Part shown: positions 41,280 through 54,560 of the stretch, in pieces
How positions within the stretch are numbered: position 1 is the first letter of the stretch
How the letters are laid out: the number at the start of each line of letters is the position of its first letter
Assembly (NCBI GenBank): GCA_963693365.1
Contig: CAVNZM010000009.1
Span: forward strand, 8,475,408-8,539,407
Origin: Amoebidium appalachense
Taxonomy: Eukaryota > Protista > Ichthyosporea
Direction: 5' to 3'
DNA: 64,000 nucleotides
Program-made: the position numbers and the translations under genes
The notes under the pieces: model-generated
Seen by the model: only the letters and a program-made list of their open reading frames with translations
Database searches by the model: none
Told to the model about the DNA's origin: nothing

Positions 41280-42377
41280 CTATTCTACACGTGCTCTCTT
41301 GAACTTGGCCCGATTAGCCTCAATCTCTGCCTTGCGGGTTCCCTTCTTAAAGTTGGGGTCGTACTTGGGGCAAATTGGTGACCCCCCAAAGTGCCCCTTC
41401 TGCTTGCAGGAGTGGCATTCGAATTTGAGGGCCGGGCACGTCTTGCCTTCGGCGTGGCTGCCGTACTTGCACCCACGGTTGCAGGGGGTGGTGCCCATGC
41501 GCGAAAAAATAGACGGCTTCTCGCTGGCACCAGATCCACCACCGGGTTGCTGTTTTGTGGGGGGTTTCTGTGTTAGAATGGTGGATGGGGTTCGTGTGTG
41601 CCTGTCTCTTTCTTTTTCTGCGAGATAGGCAACAACTCCAGACAGGGTCAATTCTTCTTCTTTTCGTGTTTGTCTGAGTTGATATTTGCGAAATTCTTGT
41701 TCGTCTTCCCCACCCAATCGGTGAGACAAATCCAAAATTTGGTGTGCCTCAGACTTAAGGGGGTACACACGTGCCCACAAACGCGCATGCCTGCTTGCAA
41801 ATTCGGCCACCTTTTGCTTGCCTTGTTTGAGTGCATTTAATTCGGCACTGAGTGCCTCTTGCACACGCTGGTCGTGAAATTTCGTAACTAGTGCATGTGC
41901 AAATGCATCAAACGTGAGTTCTCCCTGTGTCCTGGTAAAATTCGTGTACCACACACGGGCGGGGGAAGCAAGAGGAAAGCACTGCACCGCCCAGCGAACA
42001 GCAAGTGTGGGGGGGACCCCTGCAATGCAAAACATCTGCTGGGAAAATTCGTGCAGCCATTCAATCACCGTGCATTTATCCTGCAAGTCACCCTTGTATT
42101 CTGGTAGTTTCAATGCAGCCAAGATGGGGCCGTATTCGGATGCATGCAACTGGCGGAGAGGGTGCAACCACAGTTTTTCGTGCTCTGCAAAGTGCTTGTT
42201 CAATATAGACCCAGCCTTACCTCCTGAGCCTGTGCTGACATCAGAGCCTCTCGGGCGACTTGGCGTGCCTGCCAGTCCACCTGCAGACGCCAGAGGGGAT
42301 CCTGCAAGGGGGATTTCGTTAAATACGGGTGCTTTAGGCTGGTCGAAGTGATCTTCTTCATGCACTTTCGCAGTCAT
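41280..42377 (-). CDS. Gypsy Gag
   Basis: LPEYKGD...EWL...ARVWY...LKQGKQKVAEF retrotransposon capsid pattern and zinc knuckle CPALKFECHSCKQKGHF...C. Confidence 0.9.
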   Translation of the reverse strand: MTAKVHEEDHFDQPKAPVFNEIPLAGSPLASAGGLAGTPSRPRGSDVSTGSGGKAGSILNKHFAEHEKLWLHPLRQLHASEYGPILAALKLPEYKGDLQDKCTVIEWLHEFSQQMFCIAGVPPTLAVRWAVQCFPLASPARVWYTNFTRTQGELTFDAFAHALVTKFHDQRVQEALSAELNALKQGKQKVAEFASRHARLWARVYPLKSEAHQILDLSHRLGGEDEQEFRKYQLRQTRKEEELTLSGVVAYLAEKERDRHTRTPSTILTQKPPTKQQPGGGSGASEKPSIFSRMGTTPCNRGCKYGSHAEGKTCPALKFECHSCKQKGHFGGSPICPKYDPNFKKGTRKAEIEANRAKFKRARVE

Positions 42378-43279
42378 GTGTTCGTTTTCGTTTGTGGGTG
42401 TGTCTTCGTAACTTTGTTCGTGTTTTTCTTCATTTCAGCATCAGAATCAGTGTAGCTGAGTGTGCGCGCAAGCACATCCTTATATGTAAATTTAGTGGGG
42501 GGTGCGGGAGGTGCAATTACCTTGGGATCAGTGCACCCAGATGGGACCGGGGACAAAGGCTTCTTGCCTGTGGTGGGTGGGGGAGGACGGGGGGTGGTGG
42601 GCACCGTCGTATTTTTCACACGTGCCTCAGCCACCAACTGTGCTTCCCGCTCCAACTCAGACCATTTCGCGGACGTGCACAACATTCTAGACAGTGTGGT
42701 GTCTTCCATCTGCGAAATCTCACTGTAAATCTGCGCGACATCAGCTTCGAGGTCCATCACAGGCCGCCCAGCATTGATTGCAGTTTGAATGGCACGTCTC
42801 AGAGTTTCAATACGATAGAACTTGGAGAGAACACGGCCCCGCACCTCTGCCAGAGCTGTGGCAGTGTCCCGGTCTTGTTTCGTTTTTTCCTTCGTTGCTA
42901 CTTGAAGTTCGTTCGTGTGTTTGTTGGTGTTCGTGTGTTCGTTGGTGTTCGTATGTTCGTTGGTTTTCGTGTGTTCGTTGCGCTTCGTTTTGTCTTTGGG
43001 TTTCGTGCTTTCGTTGGGCTTCGTTTGTTCGTTGCCAGTGGGCTTCGTAGTTGCCTTTGTGTTCGTGTGTGTGTTGGGTTTTGTGATCGTGTTCGGTTTC
43101 TGGGGAGCACGAGGCTGTGTAGGGGGAGGGGTGGGGAGTGTTTTCGTGCCCTGCCCCGGAGTCTTGGCTTTCTTCTGCGTTGGGGGCGGCGGTTTGACTG
43201 CGGTAGGCTTCTTGGTGTCACATGTCAGTTTGCTTTCATTGTCCGAGAGTACAGGGTAGTCGTCAAATTCGCCCGCCAT
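42374..43279 (-). CDS. Extra ORF upstream of gag (301 aa, Thr/Lys/Pro-rich repeats around a helical core)
   Basis: Starts at GCCATGG on the plus strand (minus-strand ACCATGG, a strong Kozak context) just after the PBS. Its TGA overlaps the gag ATG (ATGA). Confidence 0.75.
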   Translation of the reverse strand: MAGEFDDYPVLSDNESKLTCDTKKPTAVKPPPPTQKKAKTPGQGTKTLPTPPPTQPRAPQKPNTITKPNTHTNTKATTKPTGNEQTKPNESTKPKDKTKRNEHTKTNEHTNTNEHTNTNKHTNELQVATKEKTKQDRDTATALAEVRGRVLSKFYRIETLRRAIQTAINAGRPVMDLEADVAQIYSEISQMEDTTLSRMLCTSAKWSELEREAQLVAEARVKNTTVPTTPRPPPPTTGKKPLSPVPSGCTDPKVIAPPAPPTKFTYKDVLARTLSYTDSDAEMKKNTNKVTKTHPQTKTNT

Positions 43280-43316
43280 GGTTGAAGAGATTCTTGAAAG
43301 ATGTGAGATTCTGGAA

Positions 43317-43330
43317 CTGCGCGGTCGCCA
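43317..43330 (-). other. Primer-binding site TGGCGACCGCGCAG (tRNA 3'-end complement, possibly tRNA-Arg)
   Basis: Begins 1 nt after the 5' LTR with TGG. The tRNA identity is inferred only. Confidence 0.75.
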
Positions 43331-43331
43331 A

Positions 43332-43941
43332 TGTAAACAGTTGAACTAGTTGGGATAAGGCAGAGAACAACTGAATCAGAATAAAGACAGAGAACGGGTA
43401 GTAAGGCACACGCGGCCAGGTTACTATTTAATGTGCTCGTTCAGAGTGATCCCCCGTACTGGGACGGCTTGTTTATATAGCCCCCAGGTTCCGGATCATC
43501 TGGATGGGTGGCATTGATGCCTTCGTGACTTCTGACCAGTCAGAAGAGTGCGGTCGTCTTTATGTGCACACAGTGCACCAATAACATGAAGCTAACTAAA
43601 AGGATAACTTTGTGGCAAATGATTGGTCAATACTTAAGCCCGTTTAGGTTTATGCAACTGGGTCTGATTTCCTTATTGGTTCCGTTCGTTTAGCTATAGA
43701 TGTCGCCTCCGTAGTGGATGAGACTTGCATTCCTATCCTAGCGGTTCTCGAATTCTATTGGTTCATACTGACTGCACGGCCACTGCATATTGCCGGCGCC
43801 GCGGCTCAGTCGTGAGCCGCAGCCCGCGGCTGTCGCGTGTGATATTGATCTGATCATATGTACACAATATCTACGTGATCACTATGATATGTACAGTATA
43901 TTCGTAATAGTAAACATGTACGGCGTGTACAGATGTTTACA
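43332..43941 (-). repeat. Gypsy 5' LTR (610 bp)
   Basis: Copy of 20555-21164. TATA-like CTATATAAA on the minus strand and several CCAAT boxes. Confidence 0.97.
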
Positions 43942-43946
43942 CCTAC

Positions 43947-44090
43947 CTACCAGGACCCCTCAACCATCTGGCCGATGCCATTTCTCGTAACCAACTTCCC
44001 CGGGCCCGACGACTCCGACCTTCCCTGCAACCGGAGCCCTGCCCCTTCCCCTCCTGGGTCCACGAGTTCCTATCCCTCCCCTTGGGCTAA
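43947..44090 (+). CDS. C-terminal end of the Ngaro RNase H
   Basis: After removing the Gypsy element and one TSD the frame reads QASY-LPGPLNHLADAISRN, the canonical PGxxNxxADxxSR motif. Confidence 0.9.
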   Translation, partial: LPGPLNHLADAISRNQLPRARRLRPSLQPEPCPFPSWVHEFLSLPLG

Positions 44091-44141
44091 CCCCCCCCCC
44101 CCCCCCCCCCAGATCTCCCGTTCCGGAGCAACGCTGGCAGA

Positions 44142-45178
44142 TTGGCCCCCCACTTTGCTCCGGCCGAGCTGCTTCGAGCCACCACTACCCTGCAGGAATG
44201 CCAGGCCCTGAGTCTCAACCTCGACTCTCGGGCCTTTTACTCCCAGGTGCAAAAAGTGTTCATCGATTTCTGTGTGGCCTCTCGGCTGCAATCCCCCTCC
44301 GGGTCCTCCCTCCCGGCCTCCCCACACACCGTGCAACTTTTTCTCGCCTGGTGTGCCCAACTCGTCGAGGGGTACAGGCCTCTTCCTTAACCAGCTACAA
44401 TTCGGCCATCACCAGGCTCCACCTCGACATGGGCCTCCCTGCTCCCTACCCCCACGACAAGTCTCTGGCCTGGTTCCTACGGGGGGTGGGCAGATGGCAG
44501 CTTTCTCACAACATCCGACCCCGCTCATCCACCAGGGAACCCCTCCTGCCCTCCCACCTCAGCCTACTTCATGGCCAGTGCCCCACCAAGGCCTCCTCGG
44601 CCAATCTCCGGCTATGGACGGCCCTCATCGTCGGTTTCTGTGGTCTCCTCCGTTCAGGGGAATTTACCTCCAAGACCCTGACTTCTTTCGACCCGTCCCG
44701 TCACGTTAAACGGAAAGACGTGACCTTCACCTACACCCCCACCGGTACTTTGTCCCATGCCACCCTCCACCTGCCAACCTCTAAGACGGATGTACAGGCC
44801 CGAGGTGTCAACGTCACTCTAGCTGCCCTGCCCCTCACCCACTTCTCCCCAGCCCATCTCCTCCGGCAGTTCCTGGATACAACGTCCGGTCAACCCGACG
44901 ACCCCCTCTTCAGTCTCGGTGGCATCCCCTACGCCAAGAGTGCTTTCTCTGCCGACTTCCGTGCCCTCCTCTCCCGGGCAGGCCTCTCACCCTCCCGGTT
45001 TGCCGGACACAGCCTCCGCATCGGGGGGGCCACAGCACTGGCTGAGGCCGGGGTCGACGACTCCCGGATCAAACAACTCGGCAGGTGGTCCTCCGACTGT
45101 TTCCTGATCTATACCCGACTTCGTCCGGCCTCCATTGCTGCCACCACCACACGTGTATTCGCCTCTATTCTTAAGTGA
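44142..45178 (+). CDS. Tyrosine recombinase of the Ngaro element (frameshift near 44370)
   Basis: LLRSGE, TSKTD, PLF, GHSLRIGGAT, LGRWSSDCFLIY supply the R-K-H-R-W-Y catalytic set. The N-terminal SAM-like part (FIDFC...VQLFLAW) is in the adjacent frame. Confidence 0.93.
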
Positions 45179-45206
45179 AACCTTTGGAGCAAGCATACTG
45201 CTCTCG

Positions 45207-45851
45207 TGCCGTGGTTTACAACCATTGCAGGTTCACTTTCGTCCAAGGGGATGTCCCCCTAGAGGCAACACACGTCCCGGAGTAGTTTTCATAGAGGTTT
45301 TATTTGTGGAAATTATTGACATAAATATTTTTCTGGGTAAACACGTAGGATGGGTGTCCGATATCAACAGACTTCGTTTCATGTCTTAGCAGTTCGCGTT
45401 CGGCTGCCCGCATACGGGCACCTATTAGCCGATCAAAACATCAGATTCCACAGATCACTAGACCGAGTTTGATTGGCTCAGGATAAGATTTCACATAACA
45501 CTAGATCGGTTTTGATTGGCTCAGTTCGGTAGCCTTAGGTATATAAGCACGACAGTTTTTAGCAGATCAGCAAGCAACAACACATCTTCTGTGTTTAGCA
45601 CCTACAGCTTTACAGCTATATTTTCTTTTTCACCCACCCACCTACACCCTACACTCAACCCCATTGATCCGCACATACGTGCTGTTTTTTCACGGGGCGA
45701 AGACTTCCCCCGTTTTTTGGGCACAAGGACCTCACGGATCAATAAATTGATGACTGGGGGCCTGCCGTGGTTTACAACCATTGCAGGTTCACTTTCGTCC
45801 AAGGGGATGTCCCCCTAGAGGCAACACACGTCCCGGAGTAGTTTTCATAGA
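45207..45851 (+). repeat. Ngaro right-end repeats B1 (45207-45295), A2 (45293-45633) and B2 (45763-45851)
   Basis: B1 and B2 are 89-bp identical copies; A2 is a copy of A1. Confidence 0.95.
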
Positions 45852-46650
45852 AGGAAAGAATTGCAACAAGGGATGATCAGCCTGAGGAGGAAGCCTAGCC
45901 AGATGAAAACAAAAGCGAAGTCCTAATTTATTCATCCGTTGGCTCGCTGGAGGGAGACCAAAAACACTCAACAAGGGAGCCGCCAAAGGATGCCTACGAG
46001 AGGTTCGAGGAAGGAACTGGATGAATTCACGCTGAAAGGAATCGAATTCTCGTAGAGCCGCACGCTGTTGCCACGGAGGGGCACACAAGAGTAAGGGGAG
46101 GCCATATTCGAAACTTGGACGAAGAAAAACATTATAAAGAGTGAGTAAATTAGCAGGATGAATATTAGAGATAATGGCAAAAATTCCTTGATAGATATAT
46201 ATGAAGGCGGCCACGTGCACGGGAAATGCGTGAAGTCAAAAGGCGTTCAAAGCAAATACCCTGAGAGGTGAAAGGAATGTCTAGGTAGTCATAGGAGGAC
46301 ACAACGGGGATAGGTTGATAATTCAGTGTGTAGTGTACATGTATTGGGAGAAAAGGTGCCGCACTTATCTATCCCAATTTACATGAAAATCCGGAAACAC
46401 CAATCATCTACTCGAGAAAGCATTTATGCACAATGGAAGGATCGTGGGTGGCTAAGACAATATCATCAGCGAAAAAAGTCCGAGAGGAGACACAGGAGTC
46501 GCCGGTAACTGGAAAGTGTTGAATTTCCATCGCCAAATCGTCAATAAAGACATCAAATAAAGAAGGGGACTCAAAAGTGAGCCCTGTAAAGGGCCTCGAA
46601 TGCGACTGAATCCGTTACTCAGTACCCCATTCACAACGGCAGCCCCATGT
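45852..46650 (-). pseudogene. 5'-truncated, degenerate LINE RT (5' part of the LINE split by Ngaro)
   Basis: NGVLSNGFSRIRGPLQGSLLSPLL and FLRPSFEYGLPLL motifs with several frameshifts; related to, but distinct from, the LINE at 57649. Confidence 0.85.
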
Positions 46651-46861
46651 TATGTTCTTGGCGCCCGGCAAACCGACGCCGCCGGAAGCTGCTGAACAAA
46701 ACGAGCCATATCAGCAGTAGCATAGATAGGTATGAACAAAAAAAGGTAACGCAAAGTCCAATTCTATGCTGTCGTTTGTATTATATATCTATCTATATAT
46801 ATGTTTAAGGAAATGCCGGGTGGTTTTGTTATGTTACTACTGTGTAACACATTCTTCAAAT

Positions 46862-46896
<35 letters not shown>

Positions 46897-46951
46897 GGGC
46901 CCTCCTCCCCCCTCGGCCCCTACTATTATAATTAGCTTAAAATGAAATCTC

Positions 46952-47043
<92 letters not shown>

Positions 47044-47092
47044 TCAGCTCTCCCTAGGTCTCTAGATCTCTCTCTCTCTCGCTCTCCCTAGC

Positions 47093-47124
<32 letters not shown>

Positions 47125-47796
47125 GTCTCGAGCTCTCTTGATCTTTCTCTCTTTCTCCCTCTCTCCAGCTCACGTGAGACAGCCCGCTTCCCTAACAACC
47201 CTTTCAAAAACCCATCCATCGGCTTTCAGCCTCGGCCGGGAATAGGGTGACGAACTGGCGATACGACCGGCGAGCAGAACAAAACCAGGGAAACGTACCT
47301 GGGGTGAAACCCATAAGCCAAGCTAGAGGTCTTCAACAGGAAGGAACAAACTCTGCTACCATGCCTAAGCTAGTGGTACATGGGACTAAGGAACAATAGG
47401 GGAAAAGGGGAACGAGGCACTTAGTGTGAGGGACGGGGACAGGACTCACACAGAGCTGCCGAGAGTCTGTATTGGGCCTGCGCTTGTGAGAGCGATGACC
47501 AATCTGGCTGCCGTGAGCCGGGTGCGCCTGCCTACACACCAGGGCGGGCGAGGTCAGGTGATCTCGCTCTGGCATTGTAAACCCCCGGCATTGATGTTGA
47601 TGTATTGGCCGGACTAGATATACATAGATAAGCTTTGAGGAGATATACAAAGGCACCTCTTCGCCACTGCCATAGATCACTAAGCACACCGTATGGCACA
47701 GGGATACTATAAATTGGCACACTGGCCACCCCACATGCACCTCTCACCCTACTACATGGTAACAGCTTCTTATTGTGTGTACGGACCGCTCCGCGG

Positions 47797-47841
<45 letters not shown>

Positions 47842-47979
47842 GGTACCGTGGGGTGTGTGTGTATCAGATTCTGCCAGTGTGTATGTGTGTGTGCGGGTGT
47901 ACAGTGTGCATGTGTGTGTGTGTGTGTGTGTGTAATACTATCTGTGTATGTGTGTGTGCGGGCATGTGTGCATGTGTGT

Positions 47980-48010
<31 letters not shown>

Positions 48011-48315
48011 CCTGTGTGTGCGTGTGTGCGGTACATGTGTGTGTGTGTGTGCACGCGTGTGTGCGCACGCGCATGTGCGTGTGTACGTTTGTGTGTGCGT
48101 GTGTGCGTGAAACTATGTGTGGGGGGGGGGGGGGGGGGGAGGTGGCAATGGTGGTGGTGTCTCTGTGTGTGTGTGTTTTTTTTTGTTTTGTTTTTTTTTG
48201 TGGGGGGGGGGGGGGGGGGATAGTTTGTAGTAGGACTTCTCAAAAGTGAAAGTGGATGAAGGAATTAAAGGGATGGTCGGTAAGGGAAGAGTCTTAGGGG
48301 GGGGGGGGGAGGGGG

Positions 48316-48352
<37 letters not shown>

Positions 48353-48844
48353 CGGCATGTTTTGGGGTAAATGCCATTGGTTCCATCCTGCAAATTCCAC
48401 AGCGCGTTATGATTCAGAAGGTACGACAAATAGGCACAGAGTATGGGTAGGGCTGGGGCCGAGGGGAGGGGGGAGGGGATGTGGGGTGGTGGTGGTAGGG
48501 GTACCGGTGGGGAAGGGGGGGGGGGGGGGGGGGGGATGATGACGGCAAACAGGCAATGTCAGGGGGAGGAAGAGGAGTGGAATGGGGGGGAGGGGGGGGG
48601 GGGAGGGGGGGGGGGGGGGGGGGGGTGAAAGCCACTCTTGTCAATGATAACACCCACTGTCCACCAAAATAAATGCTACAGATATCATTGAATCGGGCAG
48701 TATGCAAGCGCCCATACACATATGCGCAGACATGAAGGCATGCACAGACACATGCAAATACACACATGCGTGCTCACGCACATCCACAAACAGCCACACA
48801 CACAAGCACACATCGGGGCAAAAATGGAACCTTTTTCCTCCTCG

Positions 48845-48882
<38 letters not shown>

Positions 48883-48973
48883 CCTCCCCCCTACCCCCCT
48901 ACTCCGGCGCCTAACCTTCGGCTTCCAACACAAACACGTAGTGTCGAAATCAAACATCTTTCCTGCCTACGTA

Positions 48974-49011
<38 letters not shown>

Positions 49012-50031
49012 ACCACCACCACCACCACCACCACCACAACCACCACCTCCACCACAACCAGAATCACAACCCTCCTTTCCCCAAGCGGATAACTCAACAC
49101 ACCCTGAACTCGCCCCCTCAGACATTATATAGGAACACAGTAACCTAACCCCCCTACCCATCTCATACACCACACTAGCGAAAACATTAAATAGAAGACT
49201 TGTTTTAACAAATCAAATCCTTCGGAATTTTTTTACTGCACGTCACATACGTACTGGGAGAAATAGTCGTGCAGTAATGGCATTGGCAGAGTGCTTGTAT
49301 GGATTTTGTCAGTTGATTTTCTTCGTGGTTTTCCTTCATAACTGATCCATATCTCGGCGTCTTGTTTTATAAGGTGCACGTAGAAAACCTTCTGTTGGCC
49401 TTTCTTTTTGCCGGAATCGGCGTCTGTGATACACTAATATACCTGCTGTCTTTTTAATATGCACGAGACTTCGTTATCCCATAGGTTATTGGCCTCAAAA
49501 AAAAAAAAAAAGAAAAAAAAAAAAACTGCTTAACACCATCAGCCACTACCAAGTCTTCATTCACATGACAGAAATACAGTGGACTTTATACATTTACAGA
49601 ATCTATATCTTTGCTACATGTGTGTTAATACATCCAAAGTGTTGACATCACACAATACCGGTAGCGACCATTTGAATAGGCACTTAACACACTTAGACTT
49701 ACTACATATACACGTTCTGACACAGTGCTCCAACTCAGCTGCGGCCACCCCATAGCTCACAATGCAAGTGCAACAAAAATGAAAAAATGTGGAATGTTGT
49801 ATGCTGTTATGATTTGAGAAGCAACACGAAGTGAGGAACGAGAACAACAAGGTATGTAGCACAGTAGTGGGTGATGGTGTGAGTGTCTGCTTGGGTATAG
49901 TGCAATGTGTGCACACGTGCATACTTGTTACTTGACTCCAAGCATACCAAGCATGCCAATTTTTAATTTTGCACAGCATACGCTTAATCAACCCGAAGAT
50001 TATAAATTATATGTGCCTCCCGCCCGTCTAT

Positions 50032-50982
50032 TTACATAACCCCACAGGAAGAGCTACCAATTGCACCCTCACCGCCCCACTGCACCGTACCGGATTCACC
50101 CACCTCGTCTTCCCCGTCCCTGCTGTTCCCGGCCTCGTCCTTTATAATTGTATCGATAATGTACGCACACTGTTTGATATCTGCACGTTTAATATGGTTC
50201 ACACCAGGTGGTCCCGCCCAGTGTAAAACTTTGAAAAACGTGTCACCATTTCGCACATCAAGTCTCTTCACTTGTGCAACAACCTTTCTGGTAATGTCCG
50301 GCGTCCCTTGGCCAGAAATTTTCCCATATTCTGTGTGGTTTTTCTCGTTTGATTCCGCCCAAAATGTATTGTTTGGTGTGAGGAAAGCAAAGCAGGACCA
50401 GTGATTTGCTTCACGCACAGGTTGAAACCAACAGCCGGGAGAGAGTGTGTTCGTCAACGTGAGGGGGTCGTCTGTAAAAACAAACGAAAAAATATGAAGC
50501 ACTGTTTCACAAGGTAGGCTGTGGGACTTGTGAAGAATATCCCACGCTGTAATGACGCGTGGATCGTTAGCATATTGTGGATGACTCAAGGAAGGTGTGG
50601 TTATGTATAGAGGACACCCGTTTTGTGTGGTGTTTGGGAGCTGAAACGCCACCTTCTTGCTTGTTTGATTGACAACTAATCTCATACGCACACCTACAGA
50701 CCCGTTTCCTCCAAACCGAAGTGTGGATTTCTGTTGCGATTGCACATGTGCCCCTTGTTTGTGTGTTTGTGCTTCTAGCTGTTGTATTTCTGAAGATATT
50801 AAAGGACGACTTATGCTCCACTGTGTGTGGTCGTTGTTTTGACCTTTCACGGGTTTAGAGCTACCTAGGCTCACGGTTGCCCAGTTTTCAAACAGGTATG
50901 ATTTGCGCCGTTTGAATGCATAAGTTGGTACGAAAAATGCTTCGGCCGTCATTTTCGAGAAAGTATACATTAATACTAGCAC
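50032..50982 (-). CDS. Uncharacterised intronless protein (316 aa)
   Basis: A 950-bp open frame of normal complexity in a region otherwise broken by microsatellites. Contains an F-box-like LPCETVLHIFSFV. No family recognised. Confidence 0.6.
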   Translation of the reverse strand: MLVLMYTFSKMTAEAFFVPTYAFKRRKSYLFENWATVSLGSSKPVKGQNNDHTQWSISRPLISSEIQQLEAQTHKQGAHVQSQQKSTLRFGGNGSVGVRMRLVVNQTSKKVAFQLPNTTQNGCPLYITTPSLSHPQYANDPRVITAWDILHKSHSLPCETVLHIFSFVFTDDPLTLTNTLSPGCWFQPVREANHWSCFAFLTPNNTFWAESNEKNHTEYGKISGQGTPDITRKVVAQVKRLDVRNGDTFFKVLHWAGPPGVNHIKRADIKQCAYIIDTIIKDEAGNSRDGEDEVGESGTVQWGGEGAIGSSSCGVM

Positions 50983-51659
50983 ACGGTGTTATACCATTTT
51001 GTCATACATGTTACAGCAGTTTGTGTAAAACTGTTGTGTGTGTAAAACTTTCAAGGGCTGCTTCGCTGCCCGGCCCAGCCGCCCAGATCTCGCAGATCTA
51101 CTGGACTCGTTTCATTGGATAACTTAAACAGCAGCTATGGCCAATCAAACGATAACAGTCTCTGATCAACAGGATTCCAATCATCCCAAACAGTCCTCAG
51201 GGGAATCACTGCCATTTACAACTGTAAAGGGTCTTTTTTTCCCTTTTATGACAGTGCATACATAAGTTTATTGATTTTTGTCTGTTTGCCGTCACAGTGA
51301 GCCCAGCTGCCCGGTATGTGGATGGAACTGGCAGCATGCTGTCCGCAGCCCCAGCACGGTGGTGGGTCATCTCCTATTGGATCGTTGTCATTTATGTTTG
51401 CTACCGCATCTATGCACACTACTGCCTGCCTGGCCAGGCAGAGGGCAGTGCCAGCTCTGCCACTCCTCTGAAAGGGCCGTGCCACTGGCCAGACGACGCG
51501 GCAGGTTTGGCCGGGCACCGAGGCGTAGCTGCGTACGCCTCACTGACTACTAGCACATCGCTAACCTTCAGAGTCTCTGGTCGTTTAATGTTTTGTTAAC
51601 AAAAGACTATCCGCTACAAGTCATCAAACTATCCCCCCCCCCCCCCCCCCCCCCCCCCC

Positions 51660-51690
<31 letters not shown>

Positions 51691-52277
51691 TGGCGGGGGC
51701 GCCGGCCTGCCCGCCCTCCCGGCCATCTTCTTCCCTGCAGCCTGTCGAACTTCTGCATTGATCATGACGGGGGGGGGGGGGGGGGGGGGGGGCTCGAGGC
51801 GCCATCATTGTTTCTGTTTGCTGCCTGATTAACCCTGTAAATACTCTGCCTCCCTATCATGATTTTGGGGGCCCACGTTCGTCACATGTACAGTGACTTC
51901 CATTCATGTCGACCACCCAGCCAGCCCCCTTTAAATTTCAAACCGCAGGCGTAGGATTCGGTAGCATTATGTAATCCGGCAGTTGGGTTAAGTTAACTTG
52001 GCTTGAACTGAAATCAGCAAGAGCTCGAGCACACACACACAAGCGCACGCACACGCACACACACACACACGCCACATAGTATACATACACACACGCGTGC
52101 GCGTATGCGCACACACACAGACACACACAAACATACTACACACACTCAAACACACACACACACACACACACACATACACAAAAACAGCCTGAAAACTTCA
52201 ACACGGGCCACGCGCACATCTACACACACTTACATACATACTGGAGAGCACACACCAACACCCGCACTGAAATACAG

Positions 52278-52314
<37 letters not shown>

Positions 52315-52490
52315 ACATACACACATACGTGCGCGCGTGCACACACGGCGGGCACGGTGGCACACGCACACATGTGCTCAAGTCACACAGAAACCCACAA
52401 ATATTAGTGTGCAAAGGTGCACCGCATAAACACAAGCGGGGTTGCATGGGGAAAGCACACATTCAGATTTGACCCAGGTGACACAAGATT

Positions 52491-52850
<360 letters not shown>

Positions 52851-54028
52851 GTCACACAGTCACACACGACCACATTGTTGCACTGCATACAACACGAGAA
52901 CGGGTGCCTCAGGCAATCACATATTGAATTGCACACACGCACAAACCGCCACGCACGCAGATATTTGCACAAACCCCTACTCTCGCCCCACATAACTTCT
53001 CTCCAAGCTCCGTCCCCCCCCCCCCCCCCCATCCCCCCATCCCCCCACCCGGGTTCCCATTCCACTTCAGTCTCTATTTCTCTTTATCTCTCTCTCTGTA
53101 TTGAAAAACGTGCACACATAATTTACCAACGCATGCACATGCACATCTTGAAGCCTAGCACATATATTCATAAATGGAACAAGGCAGTCACGCAGACACA
53201 CACACATACACAGGTACATATAAACTTGAAACTCACTCCCCCCGTCAGCATCATACACACATGAACACAAGCACGCGCACATGCTTAAATATTTCCGAGG
53301 ACTCAATAAATACACCATAGCCCAGTAAATTTACCAAGGCTTCTGCCCCCCCACACAGTCACACGTATGTACAGAGGCATACAAACATGTGCGCGTGAAA
53401 CTCTAAAGACTATGAGAGTAAAGTCGCTAAAATCAAATCATTCTTCCGGGAACCAAATTCCATATGAGGAAGTCGGTGGGAGGTGGGCAAGAGAGAAAGA
53501 CGGGCATAGGGGGCAGCCGCCCCCTGGGAAGGAGGGGGGGCAAGGAGGGGGGAGGGGCGGGAGGGGAGAAAAAGAGGGGGGGGGGGGGGGGGTAGCGGGT
53601 CCAGGGGAGGAGGGAGAGAAAGAGAGGAACAAGCGGGAAGAGTGGAGTGGGGGGAGTAGGGGGTGGAGGGAGGAGGAGGGTGAGGGAGGGGGGTTGGCAT
53701 ATATGTTCTTATGATGGGTTTGTGTCGGGGGCTTTTTTTTTTTTTTTTTTGGGGGGGGGGGGGGGGGGGTGGAGGGGAGCCTACGGTGATCGCGGTTGGG
53801 GTGGGGTGGGGTGGGGGTGGGGGGGTGGGTGCGTGCAGGGGGGGGAGGAGGGGGGGGGGGGGAGGCACGGCCCCACAGCCCCTGCGGTGAGCTGGGGACG
53901 GGGCCATGGGTAGCGCAAGGGGGAGGGCAGCCATTCCACCTAACTAAGCCTTGATATAGTGGTGGATGGAGAGGTGTGTGTGTGTGTACGCGAATGTTGT
54001 GGGGTGGGAGGAGGAGGGGCGGTCAAAA

Positions 54029-54065
<37 letters not shown>

Positions 54066-54283
54066 AGGGAGGCAAGAAAGAAGGGGTACATTTTGTAATG
54101 CGCACAAACCTCGAACCCAACTTCAAGGCAACCAACTACTTGGCTGCGATTAACCATCTTAAAGTCCATGTTCTATGGAACGAGATTTCGCCATTCAGGA
54201 AAGCAATGCTATATTAAAGGGATGGGTGATGTTGATTAAATTTTGATAAAGCTACTTGCCATTGGACAGCTGGGTGGTGTCTC

Positions 54284-54560
<277 letters not shown>

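Noticed and set aside
42392-43285. Long plus-strand ORFs opposite the Gypsy ORFs (also 24425-25090, 40936-41628) and opposite LINE ORF1 (60848-61543)
   Set aside because: Shadow frames of real genes on the other strand.
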